Shown here: piece after piece, positions 54,867 through 62,713 of the stretch | How the letters are laid out: each line of letters starts with the position of its first letter | Numbering within the stretch: the stretch's first letter is position 1 | DNA from: an uncultured Lentisphaeria bacterium | GTDB taxonomy: Bacteria; Fidelibacterota; UBA8477; JABMPR01 | Direction of reading: 5' to 3' | Assembly (NCBI GenBank): GCA_964578155.1 | Contig: CAZOBQ010000001.1 | Coordinates: 2,670 to 66,669, forward strand | DNA length: 64,000 nucleotides | Notes under the pieces: generated by a model | What the model was told of the DNA's origin: nothing | Database searches by the model: none | Seen by the model: only the letters and a program-made list of their open reading frames with translations | Program-made: the position numbers and the translations under genes

Positions 54867-56045
54867 ATGCCCCTGATCCAAGATCCAACTGCACTACTCG
54901 TCTATCTCGTTTCCCTCATGGGTTTGATCTATTTTGTGAAGGAACAAGCCTGGAGTCAAAAAGTCTTTAAGGTCATCCCTCCTGTTATTTGGGTATATTT
55001 TCTGCCTATGATCTCCACGACTGTGGGCATCACACCGGAACAATCCGTTCTCTATACTTGGGTCAAAACCTATTTACTGCCAGCAGCACTGGTTTTATTG
55101 CTGCTCTCTGCTGATGTAAGAGCAATCACGAAGTTGGGACCCAAAGCTTTGGGAACCATGTTCGCCGGAACACTTGGTATTGTTCTTGGCGGGGTTGTTA
55201 GTCTCGCCATATTCGGCGCCTGGCTCCCTGAAGATGCCTGGCAGGGAATGGGCGCATTGTCAGGAAGCTGGATTGGTGGTAGCTCAAACATGGTGGCTAT
55301 TGGAACTTCCATTGATGTTCGAGATGAACTTTTCGGTGTTATGATTATTATAGATACTGTTATCGGTTATGGTTGGATGGGTATTGTCATCTTTCTTTCC
55401 GCCTTTCAATCCAAACTTGACAAATGGAATCAAGTGACAGACTCTCCAGTTCATGAGCTCAGTGAACATCTAGCCAATTCAGATAAAAGCCCGTCCGTTC
55501 CCTTGAGTTATTCCTCTCTGATTTTTATGATCGTTATTGGTCTAGGTTTGGGTTTTCTGAGCCTGAAAGCGGGGGAGATGCTCCCTGATCTTGGCAAGGT
55601 TGTGACTAGTTTTGGATGGACCGTTATCCTGGTCTCCATTATCGGTCTGGGCTTATCTTTTACACCCGTTGCAAAACTTGAGAAACACGGTGCCTCTCAC
55701 TTGGGGAACTTTTTCCTCTATCTACTGCTTACAACCATCGGCGCTAAAGCCGATCTTAGAGCAATCACAGAAGCACCTATGTTTTTAGCTGTAGGCGTTG
55801 TCTGGATCGGTATTCATGCCACCGTCTTATTTTTCGCTGGCCGATTACTTAAAGCACCCATGTTTTTGATTGCCACCAGTTCTCAGGCCAACATTGGCGG
55901 TGTTGTCACGGCGCCTATTGTAGCATCAGTCTATCAAAAAGGGATGGCCCCAGTTGGACTACTTATGGGCGTTATGGGGAATATTTTGGGTCTCTATTTT
56001 GGCTTTCTCACCGCTCAATTAATGGAGTGGGTGAGTAGGCTTTAA
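54867..56045 (+). CDS. Polytopic membrane protein, DUF819/YjcL-like
   Basis: 392 aa with about 10-12 TM helices and an internal two-fold repeat. The family call is from memory. Confidence 0.55.
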   Translation: MPLIQDPTALLVYLVSLMGLIYFVKEQAWSQKVFKVIPPVIWVYFLPMISTTVGITPEQSVLYTWVKTYLLPAALVLLLLSADVRAITKLGPKALGTMFAGTLGIVLGGVVSLAIFGAWLPEDAWQGMGALSGSWIGGSSNMVAIGTSIDVRDELFGVMIIIDTVIGYGWMGIVIFLSAFQSKLDKWNQVTDSPVHELSEHLANSDKSPSVPLSYSSLIFMIVIGLGLGFLSLKAGEMLPDLGKVVTSFGWTVILVSIIGLGLSFTPVAKLEKHGASHLGNFFLYLLLTTIGAKADLRAITEAPMFLAVGVVWIGIHATVLFFAGRLLKAPMFLIATSSQANIGGVVTAPIVASVYQKGMAPVGLLMGVMGNILGLYFGFLTAQLMEWVSRL

Positions 56046-56060
56046 TTTTTGAAGCTAAAC

Positions 56061-56172
56061 CACAGAGAACACGAAGAACACAGAGAGGTTTTATGGCTCT
56101 ATTGGCCAAAGGTTATTTTAGAAGTACGTTTCACCAGCCACAAATTGAGGCGTCTGTGTTTCATCTGTGGCT
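56061..56172. repeat. 9-mer array CACAGAGAA CACGAAGAA CACAGAGAG with downstream inverted partial copy
   Basis: Array at 56061-56087 and CGTCTGTGTTTCATCTGTGGCT at 56151-56172. Confidence 0.8.
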
Positions 56173-56232
56173 GAAATAGATTTTTTATTAGCTAGCTCCT
56201 TTTAATCGTCTGTAATATTCTTATACTAAAAC

Positions 56233-57132
56233 ATGAATCAATGGCAATCACCACAAGGTCCACCACGCATGCAATTCGGTCCTCGTAAAATGGGGGATGG
56301 GGTGAAACAGCTCCTCATCGCTAATGCTGTTGTCTTTTTTATTACTCAGCTCGGCGGCATGCAAGCTTGGGCTGAGTGGTTTGGCTTAAACCCACATAAT
56401 GTGATCTTCGGTTTCCGCGTCTGGCAGCCCTTCACATATCTCTTTCTCCACGCTGGTTTTTGGCACATCGCCATCAATATGCTCATGCTATGGATGTTTG
56501 GCTCTGAGCTAGAGAGTCTCTGGGGTCGCAAAGAATTTCTGCGTTATTATATGATCACCGGTGTCGGTGCTGGAATCTTTTCGCTGGTACCCTATTTCAT
56601 CGGTGTCCTTTTTGGAAGCACCGGCTATATACCTTCTATTATCGGTGCCAGTGGTGCCGTTTATGGGATTCTCCTAGCCTATGCTATGACCTACCCCAAC
56701 CGAAAGGTTTTAGTGTACCTGGTAGTGCCAGTTAAGGTGAAATACCTGATGCTCTTTATGGGATTTATGACCTTTGCCTCCATTGGAAACAGCGATGGAA
56801 TCAGCCACATAACTCATCTTGGAGGGCTTGTAGTTGGCTTGATCTATTTAAAAAGAAGTGGTCGATACAGAAGTTTCAACATTCCCTGGAAACAGTGGCT
56901 CGACAAGCTTGTTAAGTTTCGTATTGTACAAGAGAAATCAACAGCTCGTTCAAGACAAACACAGAAAAAGGGCTGGCATAAAGTAGAGAGCGTTTCTGAT
57001 TTGCGGAAAGAGATGGATGCACTGCTTGATAAGATTACCCAGGTTGGTTACGAACAGCTTAGTACGGCCGAAAAAGAACGAATGCTGGAGCTCTCGGCTC
57101 AGCTATCAAATAGTGATGACCATCGAAACTGA
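56233..57132 (+). CDS. Rhomboid family intramembrane serine protease
   Basis: 299 aa with LHAGFWHIAINM, catalytic GASGAVYG and HLGG motifs, plus a C-terminal soluble tail. Confidence 0.85.
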   Translation: MNQWQSPQGPPRMQFGPRKMGDGVKQLLIANAVVFFITQLGGMQAWAEWFGLNPHNVIFGFRVWQPFTYLFLHAGFWHIAINMLMLWMFGSELESLWGRKEFLRYYMITGVGAGIFSLVPYFIGVLFGSTGYIPSIIGASGAVYGILLAYAMTYPNRKVLVYLVVPVKVKYLMLFMGFMTFASIGNSDGISHITHLGGLVVGLIYLKRSGRYRSFNIPWKQWLDKLVKFRIVQEKSTARSRQTQKKGWHKVESVSDLRKEMDALLDKITQVGYEQLSTAEKERMLELSAQLSNSDDHRN

Positions 57133-57165
57133 TCAACTCTCCAACTAAAAACCTTCAATAAAGTT

Positions 57166-58029
57166 CTATTCGGGTTTACGCATTGAAATAATGTGAGACC
57201 TTGTGTTTTCCTCGATTAACACGCCAAATTCCGGTACATTTTCCAGGTGAATTTTAATGTCAGTGAATCCAGCATTTTTCATATTCTCAATTAAATCGTT
57301 GAGAGAGAAAAGTCGCATTTCCAGTGTGGCTCCAGGACCTCCGTGAAAACGTAAGCTTTCAAACTTTTGAACTTGACCTTCCTGTGTCTTATTCACCAGG
57401 ATTGTTTTTCCGTGAGCCGACTCAATGTGATATTCATATAGGTCGGGGAAGTGCTCCTCGGTTGTTCCATCCAGCTTGTAGGGAACTGAAAAGACACAAA
57501 GGCCGTTCTTTTTTAATGTTTTGTATAGGTTATCAAATGCGGTCTCTACGGGAACGGGAATATGCTCGAACACATCACTAGAGATGATAAAGTCGACACT
57601 TTCGTGCCTGTCCGGTTTGACTGATGTTATATCAAGTTGGGGTTCTTTATGATAATAAGTATTCGTGTAGTCAAATTTCTTGGATAACCCAGCGGCATAC
57701 ACATTTGCATCGCTTAAACCCATTCCGCTGAGCTGTTTTTGCTCTTCAATCTCTACCAGTTTTGATTCTCGACCTGTTAACTCTTTAAGTAGTACATAAA
57801 TGATGGATCTAAACCGTCGATTCGATCCACAAGAGGTACAGGAGGGCGCTTCCCTGTTTTTGACCAGGTTTAAGGGTGAAACTGATATCCCCCCGCAAAT
57901 ATTGCAGGTAAAACGAAAGACTTCTTCTTGAGAACGAAGCCTGTTAAGCCTAATTTTCAGGCGTAATGCAAAGATTCTCACATTCCATAACAGGTGTCTC
58001 AGTGACGATGGTAGATAATCTAAGATCAA
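57166..58029 (-). CDS. Class I SAM-dependent methyltransferase with N-terminal Cys4 zinc-ribbon
   Basis: 287 aa with CNICGG...CTSCGS, followed by methyltransferase-like VDFIISSDVFEHIP and LKKNGLCVFSVP. TTG start. Confidence 0.68.
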   Translation of the reverse strand: MILDYLPSSLRHLLWNVRIFALRLKIRLNRLRSQEEVFRFTCNICGGISVSPLNLVKNREAPSCTSCGSNRRFRSIIYVLLKELTGRESKLVEIEEQKQLSGMGLSDANVYAAGLSKKFDYTNTYYHKEPQLDITSVKPDRHESVDFIISSDVFEHIPVPVETAFDNLYKTLKKNGLCVFSVPYKLDGTTEEHFPDLYEYHIESAHGKTILVNKTQEGQVQKFESLRFHGGPGATLEMRLFSLNDLIENMKNAGFTDIKIHLENVPEFGVLIEENTRSHIISMRKPE

Positions 58030-58131
58030 ATTTTAAACCCCTAATTCCTTGGATATATTATACCACAGAATCATAACTGGAACGTATGCTATATCACCTG
58101 GAACTTTTGTCATCCCATTTCTAACGCTTGG

Positions 58132-58698
58132 TTATTTCAGCGCTTTTGGCATTATTTTGTAAACCAGCTCATCAAGAACGTCTTCTCGCATCGTCTTGAC
58201 CAGCTTCTCTTCAATGACAACACCACCCATTGATTCTGGTATCATTCGACTTGGGATGTTAGCTCGGTCAACAGGATAGATGGCATAATCAAAATCAATG
58301 TTTTCAACTGCCCAGCGACCCAGAATCTTGATCGCCTCTAAACCGTAAGCCTTGCCGTGCGCTGAGTGCTTAAGCCAGATTCCGAACTCGGGAGTGTTTG
58401 GATTGCTTCTCCCGTGTAAACTGCAGCAGCCCAAAAATTCTCCATTCTCGCTAGCTGTAATCACCAGAACCAATTCCCTGCCAGCTTTCATTCCTTTTAA
58501 TGATGCCGAAATAAATACTTTGGTTTCATCAATTACTTCAGCAGGTTTAGGGAGCATATAGCGCGTAATTTCTGGCGTGAATTCCTTGAATATCGCTTCC
58601 GTATAGCTTTCATTTATGGAAAGCAGCTTGACCCGATCACCCTCAATATTTATGGTGGAAAGATCAAGTGGCTTTTTTTTAAAGGCGAGCGTTTCCAT
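58132..58698 (-). CDS. GNAT family N-acetyltransferase (RimJ/RimL-like)
   Basis: 188 aa with the ...GCCSLHG...EFGIWLKHSAHGKAYGLEA pattern of RimJ/RimL-type GNATs. It lies 7 nt downstream of sodN. Confidence 0.78.
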   Translation of the reverse strand: METLAFKKKPLDLSTINIEGDRVKLLSINESYTEAIFKEFTPEITRYMLPKPAEVIDETKVFISASLKGMKAGRELVLVITASENGEFLGCCSLHGRSNPNTPEFGIWLKHSAHGKAYGLEAIKILGRWAVENIDFDYAIYPVDRANIPSRMIPESMGGVVIEEKLVKTMREDVLDELVYKIMPKALK

Positions 58699-58705
58699 TG
58701 CCGTC

Positions 58706-59164
58706 TTAGTGCTTGTGCTCCGGATAATAGCCAGACAGGGCTTTAATGCTTTTTACTAAACTTGCACCTGTCTTTGCGTCTACATTTTGCTTGGCTTCCA
58801 TGGCGGCCACAATCACAGCATGATGTTTTTCCAGACGTTCGGTATAGTCCTTTTGACTAGACTTAACTCGCTGTGTCAAATAGTAATTGCTAATGGTCTC
58901 AATAATGTTCTGGGCGTGAATCTCTTTTGTGTTTACCCAGCGAACCAGTTGGTTTTGGGATTGGGCGTCTTGCTTGCCGGCTAACTCATTAATGAGGCGG
59001 GCTGCTTTTTCAATAGTAGCCGCGTCTTCCAGCATGGACTGCAAGCGAGCATTATCATTATAGATCCCACAGGGGACCTGACAGTGGGCATTGAGCGTGC
59101 TTGGTGATACCAATAAAAAGCCTATGGTGGCAATCAGTATCGTGACCTTAATCATTTTACGCAT
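58706..59164 (-). CDS. sodN: Nickel superoxide dismutase precursor
   Basis: 152 aa with the Ni-hook HCQVPCGIYND (canonical HCDLPCGVYDP) after a 26-aa presequence MRKMIKVTILIATIGFLLVSPSTLNA. AAAGGAG RBS. Confidence 0.9.
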   Translation of the reverse strand: MRKMIKVTILIATIGFLLVSPSTLNAHCQVPCGIYNDNARLQSMLEDAATIEKAARLINELAGKQDAQSQNQLVRWVNTKEIHAQNIIETISNYYLTQRVKSSQKDYTERLEKHHAVIVAAMEAKQNVDAKTGASLVKSIKALSGYYPEHKH

Positions 59165-59537
59165 TTAATAAATCTCCTTTATTTGAATAATTGCTATGAC
59201 AATATAATCGGATTGCTGTTTCTGCCACAGTCAAAGGGGCAAAAGAATCCTGTTTGTTTTACTTGAATGTGTGTTGCCGGAAAAACAAGCTCTCTATCTG
59301 GTCGTACTTCTAGCTCAACAATTTCACTTATGAAAATTGCCTAACTTTGCATTCCTGCAAGCTTAACTCAAATTGATCTGTTTGGAAAGGTATTGCTTTA
59401 TCACGGTTTCCCAAAGAGGCAACCCGAAGCATCTTCAGACATGGTGGATCAGGTTCGTAATAACTGTCTCTGTTAACGCTTGGGCTGAATTAAGGGCCTG
59501 CCTATTTCGCTGCCCGAAAGTAATCTTGCCTAGAATA

Positions 59538-59672
59538 TCATGTGTCAGAATAGGAGCGACCCTTTTTCTCCTGGGCTTTATCTTTTTTTAGTTTACGTTT
59601 TTCTTTTAGTGTATGTGCCGCTTTTTTCTGAAGTTCTTTTTTACCTTTGTCTTTACTGCCTTTATCGCCCAT
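59538..59672 (-). CDS. Possible small lysine-rich protein (44 aa)
   Basis: Below the ORF-track size cutoff. The sequence is MGDKGSKDKGKKELQKKAAHTLKEKRKLKKDKAQEKKGRSYSDT. AAAGGG lies 10 nt upstream of the ATG. It could be a chance ORF. Confidence 0.35.
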   Translation of the reverse strand: MGDKGSKDKGKKELQKKAAHTLKEKRKLKKDKAQEKKGRSYSDT

Positions 59673-59850
59673 GAGAATTTATCCCTTTCTTTGATTGTTC
59701 AGTAGCATAGAGTGTATCAACGTAAGTTCATGGAAAATAAATAGCAAGGCTTAGTATTCTATTTGATGGACTAAAGGATATTCAGCCTGACCGGTTTTGG
59801 GCGTTTGGGAATGTTCATTTTTCGTCTCCAGGTGTGATCCTGGACCTGGC

Positions 59851-60303
59851 TTAAGGCGAGACTTTCCCTTTCAATTCGATAATCTCTTGCGTGAAAACAT
59901 TTCGCTCACTCAGATCATCCAGCTTAAATTCAAAGTATACTTCTGTGCTGTAGCCTGGCTTTAAGGTCTCCCGAATAAAAAAATTCTCCGAGAGTACTGG
60001 AACGTATCCCTCAACATCTTTCACATCATCAGCACTCACTTCTGTGAGAATCAAGGGATCCTCCTGGCTTTGAGCTATTGAATAGATATTTACTTGAAAC
60101 TTACATGAGGTGAGGGTGTAGGGGCTCTTATTGATCAGGTTAACCAGGAGATAATTCCGTTGAGCATTCAGCTCAAATCCATTAATATATATTTGCCCTC
60201 TGGCATCGCTTGGCAGGGGCTTGTCATCCAGTCCCGTACAGGCCACAATTAGAAGGCTGGCAATCAACAGGCTTGATGCCTTCCTCATACTGAGTTTTTT
60301 CAA
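59851..60303 (-). CDS. Hypothetical lipoprotein
   Basis: 150 aa with lipobox LLIVAC. No domain recognised. Confidence 0.55.
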   Translation of the reverse strand: MKKLSMRKASSLLIASLLIVACTGLDDKPLPSDARGQIYINGFELNAQRNYLLVNLINKSPYTLTSCKFQVNIYSIAQSQEDPLILTEVSADDVKDVEGYVPVLSENFFIRETLKPGYSTEVYFEFKLDDLSERNVFTQEIIELKGKVSP

Positions 60304-60310
60304 TTTTCTA

Positions 60311-60790
60311 TTATCCTGCTTTCAGATCGGCTAGTAGCCCGCCTAGCACATTTAAGCGTTCGCTAATAATTTCATCATCTTTAGAGATGGCTGCCTCGAA
60401 TAGATCCATATCGCCTTCGATTTGAGAGTTGTCCTTGCAGACCGCAACATTCATGGCGCCACCCTGTAAGCCTATTCTATCAAGGGTTGGGTAGTCAGGG
60501 TAATCTTTTTCGTTTTTATGATAGCGCTCTAAAAATACTTTTCTTGATTTTACGATCAGAATTGCCAGGTCAAGTACCCGATGCAGTGGCATTTCTTCTG
60601 ATTGCCGTGACCATTTCTCTCCAGTATAGCGCCAGATCTTAGCTGAGATATCGACGTTTCCGCGCTCATTCCATTGAGCTAAACCCAGAGAGAGGCCCTT
60701 TGCGTCTGAATTAATATTCCGACCATCTATTTTATCATAATCCTCAGACACAATGACAGGCTTGTGTTTCAAGTCTACAGGTATTTTCAT
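60311..60790 (-). CDS. Hypothetical cytoplasmic protein
   Basis: 159 aa ORF, 7 nt upstream of the lipoprotein gene. No motif I can name. Confidence 0.5.
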   Translation of the reverse strand: MKIPVDLKHKPVIVSEDYDKIDGRNINSDAKGLSLGLAQWNERGNVDISAKIWRYTGEKWSRQSEEMPLHRVLDLAILIVKSRKVFLERYHKNEKDYPDYPTLDRIGLQGGAMNVAVCKDNSQIEGDMDLFEAAISKDDEIISERLNVLGGLLADLKAG

Positions 60791-60943
60791 TCTTATGTTC
60801 CTTCACTAAATTAGTACTTTAGTAAACTAGTAGCTGTATCGCTTTATCAAAGCCCAATTTGATCTCAATAACCCTCTATTTTTAGAAACCAGGTCTTAAA
60901 GTTATCTCTTCATCATTTCCGCTTTTGATTTAGTTTAAGACGA

Positions 60944-62098
60944 ATGAAAATCATCCGTGAAATGCTGGCCTGGATAAAACGTCTCCGCGAAGAGGGCGTC
61001 CTGGATCTAATTATAATCCTGTGGGTTATCCTTCTTGTCGGAGCTACTGCTGTTTATCTCCTGGACTACGGGTCAGAGAATCGCACCATCACCAATCTTT
61101 TTGAGGCCTTCTATTGGGCCTGGGTGACCATGACAACTGTGGGCTTTGGTGATCTTACCCCAGCGACACCTGGAGCGAGAATAGCTGCATCTATCATGAT
61201 GTTCTTTTCACTGGCGCTGATCTCATTCTTCACAGCCACTATATCATCTATCTTTGTAGCCCGGAAAATTAGAGAGGGTAAAGGTTTGGAAAAAATAAAC
61301 TATACTGACCATATTGTAATCTGCGGGTGGAATGACCTGGCAGACGAGTTACTTGACGCCTTCCTAAAACAGGACAAGGACGAGAAGACCTCCATTGTGC
61401 TGGTTAATGAATTATCTGAAGAGGAGATCGATGCCTGGAGAGCCAAGCTCAATGCCAGTCATCTTGGCTTTGTCCGTGGTGATTTTACTCAGGATCAGAT
61501 CCTGTCAAAAGCCAATATTGCCAAAGCTAAGGCTGTTCTAATTCTGCCCAACCTCATTAAAATCGGAGCAGCAGAAGCGGATGAGAAAACTGCGCTGGCC
61601 ACCTACTCTATTAAAGCACTGGCTCCTAAAGCAAAAGTTTATGCATACATCCTTCAGCACGAAAACAGATCCAAGCTTCGTAGAGCCAAAGCGGATGGAA
61701 TCATTGTCGCCGATGAATTTGGAGCCTTTATGGGTGCCAGCCAGTTACACAATCCTGGCATTCCTGCTTTCCTTTCTCAAATGTTAAATACAGATCAAAG
61801 TCGGCTCATCACTCAGCCTGTTCCAGAGGGTATGGTTGGAAAATCCTATGGAGAGCTATTTGCCTTTTCATTTGAGGAGCACAACACAACCATTCTTGGC
61901 GTATACCAGGAAGAGACCTCTGCTGGAATTGGCGATTTTCTGGCTGCTGATTCTGGTGATTACCTGGATCAGTTTATTGCCGCCAAACTCAAAGCCGCTG
62001 GCCGTACTCAGGACGACGAACACAAATTGAAAGTTCGCATCAACCCCGAGAAGAGCTATATCATCAAAGCCGGCGAACAAATGATCTTACTTAAATAG
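60944..62098 (+). CDS. Two-TM potassium channel with RCK (TrkA-N/TrkA-C) domain
   Basis: 384 aa with selectivity filter TTVGFGD between two TM helices, then the Rossmann-like HIVICGWNDLADEL. Confidence 0.88.
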   Translation: MKIIREMLAWIKRLREEGVLDLIIILWVILLVGATAVYLLDYGSENRTITNLFEAFYWAWVTMTTVGFGDLTPATPGARIAASIMMFFSLALISFFTATISSIFVARKIREGKGLEKINYTDHIVICGWNDLADELLDAFLKQDKDEKTSIVLVNELSEEEIDAWRAKLNASHLGFVRGDFTQDQILSKANIAKAKAVLILPNLIKIGAAEADEKTALATYSIKALAPKAKVYAYILQHENRSKLRRAKADGIIVADEFGAFMGASQLHNPGIPAFLSQMLNTDQSRLITQPVPEGMVGKSYGELFAFSFEEHNTTILGVYQEETSAGIGDFLAADSGDYLDQFIAAKLKAAGRTQDDEHKLKVRINPEKSYIIKAGEQMILLK

Positions 62099-62099
62099 T

Positions 62100-62128
62100 G
62101 TCATTCTGAGCGAATGCGAAGAATCTCC
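62100..62128 (+). repeat. GTCATTCTGAGCGAATGCGAAGAATCTCC module 2 nt after K+ channel stop
   Basis: Near-identical to 35102-35129. Confidence 0.85.
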
Positions 62129-62158
62129 ATATAATGCTAACTAACCACCGGACTGCCT

Positions 62159-62662
62159 ATGCCTTATATCCCACATCTTAATAATTGCCATCTCTTTGAT
62201 GGTTTAAAAGAGGAAGAGATTGCCGTTTATCGTCCGGCCACCAGTTTAGTTACCTATAAAACCGGTGATTCGATCATGGAAGAGGGCGAGACGGGGAACA
62301 CCCTGCTGATTCTTATAAAAGGAACCATCACCATCAGTAAAAAATTGACCCTCCTTGGTGATGACGAAAGCGACACCAAAGACAAAACCTTTATCACGCT
62401 CAGTGAAGAGCAAAAACCCTTTTTTGGTGAAATGGCTCTCCTTATGGAAGGATCATTACGCACGGCAACCGTCACCGCCTCCACCGATTGTGAGATCGTT
62501 GTTATGGAAAAAGAAACCTTCCAGCAGGTTTGTCTGGATCATCCCCAAATTGGTTTTCTGGTTATGGAAAATATTGCAAAAAAACTCGCTGCTAATCTTG
62601 AGCGGGAAAGCAAAAATGTATTAAAGTTGACCACGGCATTTAGCCTGGTCCTTGAAGAATAG
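62159..62662 (+). CDS. Stand-alone cyclic-nucleotide-binding domain protein
   Basis: 167 aa with the phosphate-binding cassette FFGEMALL...RTATVTA. No effector domain. Confidence 0.85.
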   Translation: MPYIPHLNNCHLFDGLKEEEIAVYRPATSLVTYKTGDSIMEEGETGNTLLILIKGTITISKKLTLLGDDESDTKDKTFITLSEEQKPFFGEMALLMEGSLRTATVTASTDCEIVVMEKETFQQVCLDHPQIGFLVMENIAKKLAANLERESKNVLKLTTAFSLVLEE

Positions 62663-62713
62663 ACAAATCAAGACTTTCAATGTGCTTTGGGCGTCAAAAT
62701 TAATAAACAAGAT

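Noticed and set aside
59165-59540. Idea that the sodN leader is a NiCo (czcD-type) or other metal riboswitch, or a decayed sodX gene
   Set aside because: I cannot identify the conserved junction nucleotides of any riboswitch class by eye. All six frames are full of stops with no S26 peptidase motifs (SGSM.P / GDN). It is left as an unexplained region rather than a call.
59373-59591. 72-aa plus-strand ORF in the long gap upstream of sodN
   Set aside because: It has no RBS and odd Cys/Phe/Arg-rich composition. It overlaps the better-supported (though still weak) 44-aa minus-strand ORF, and I recognise no similarity.
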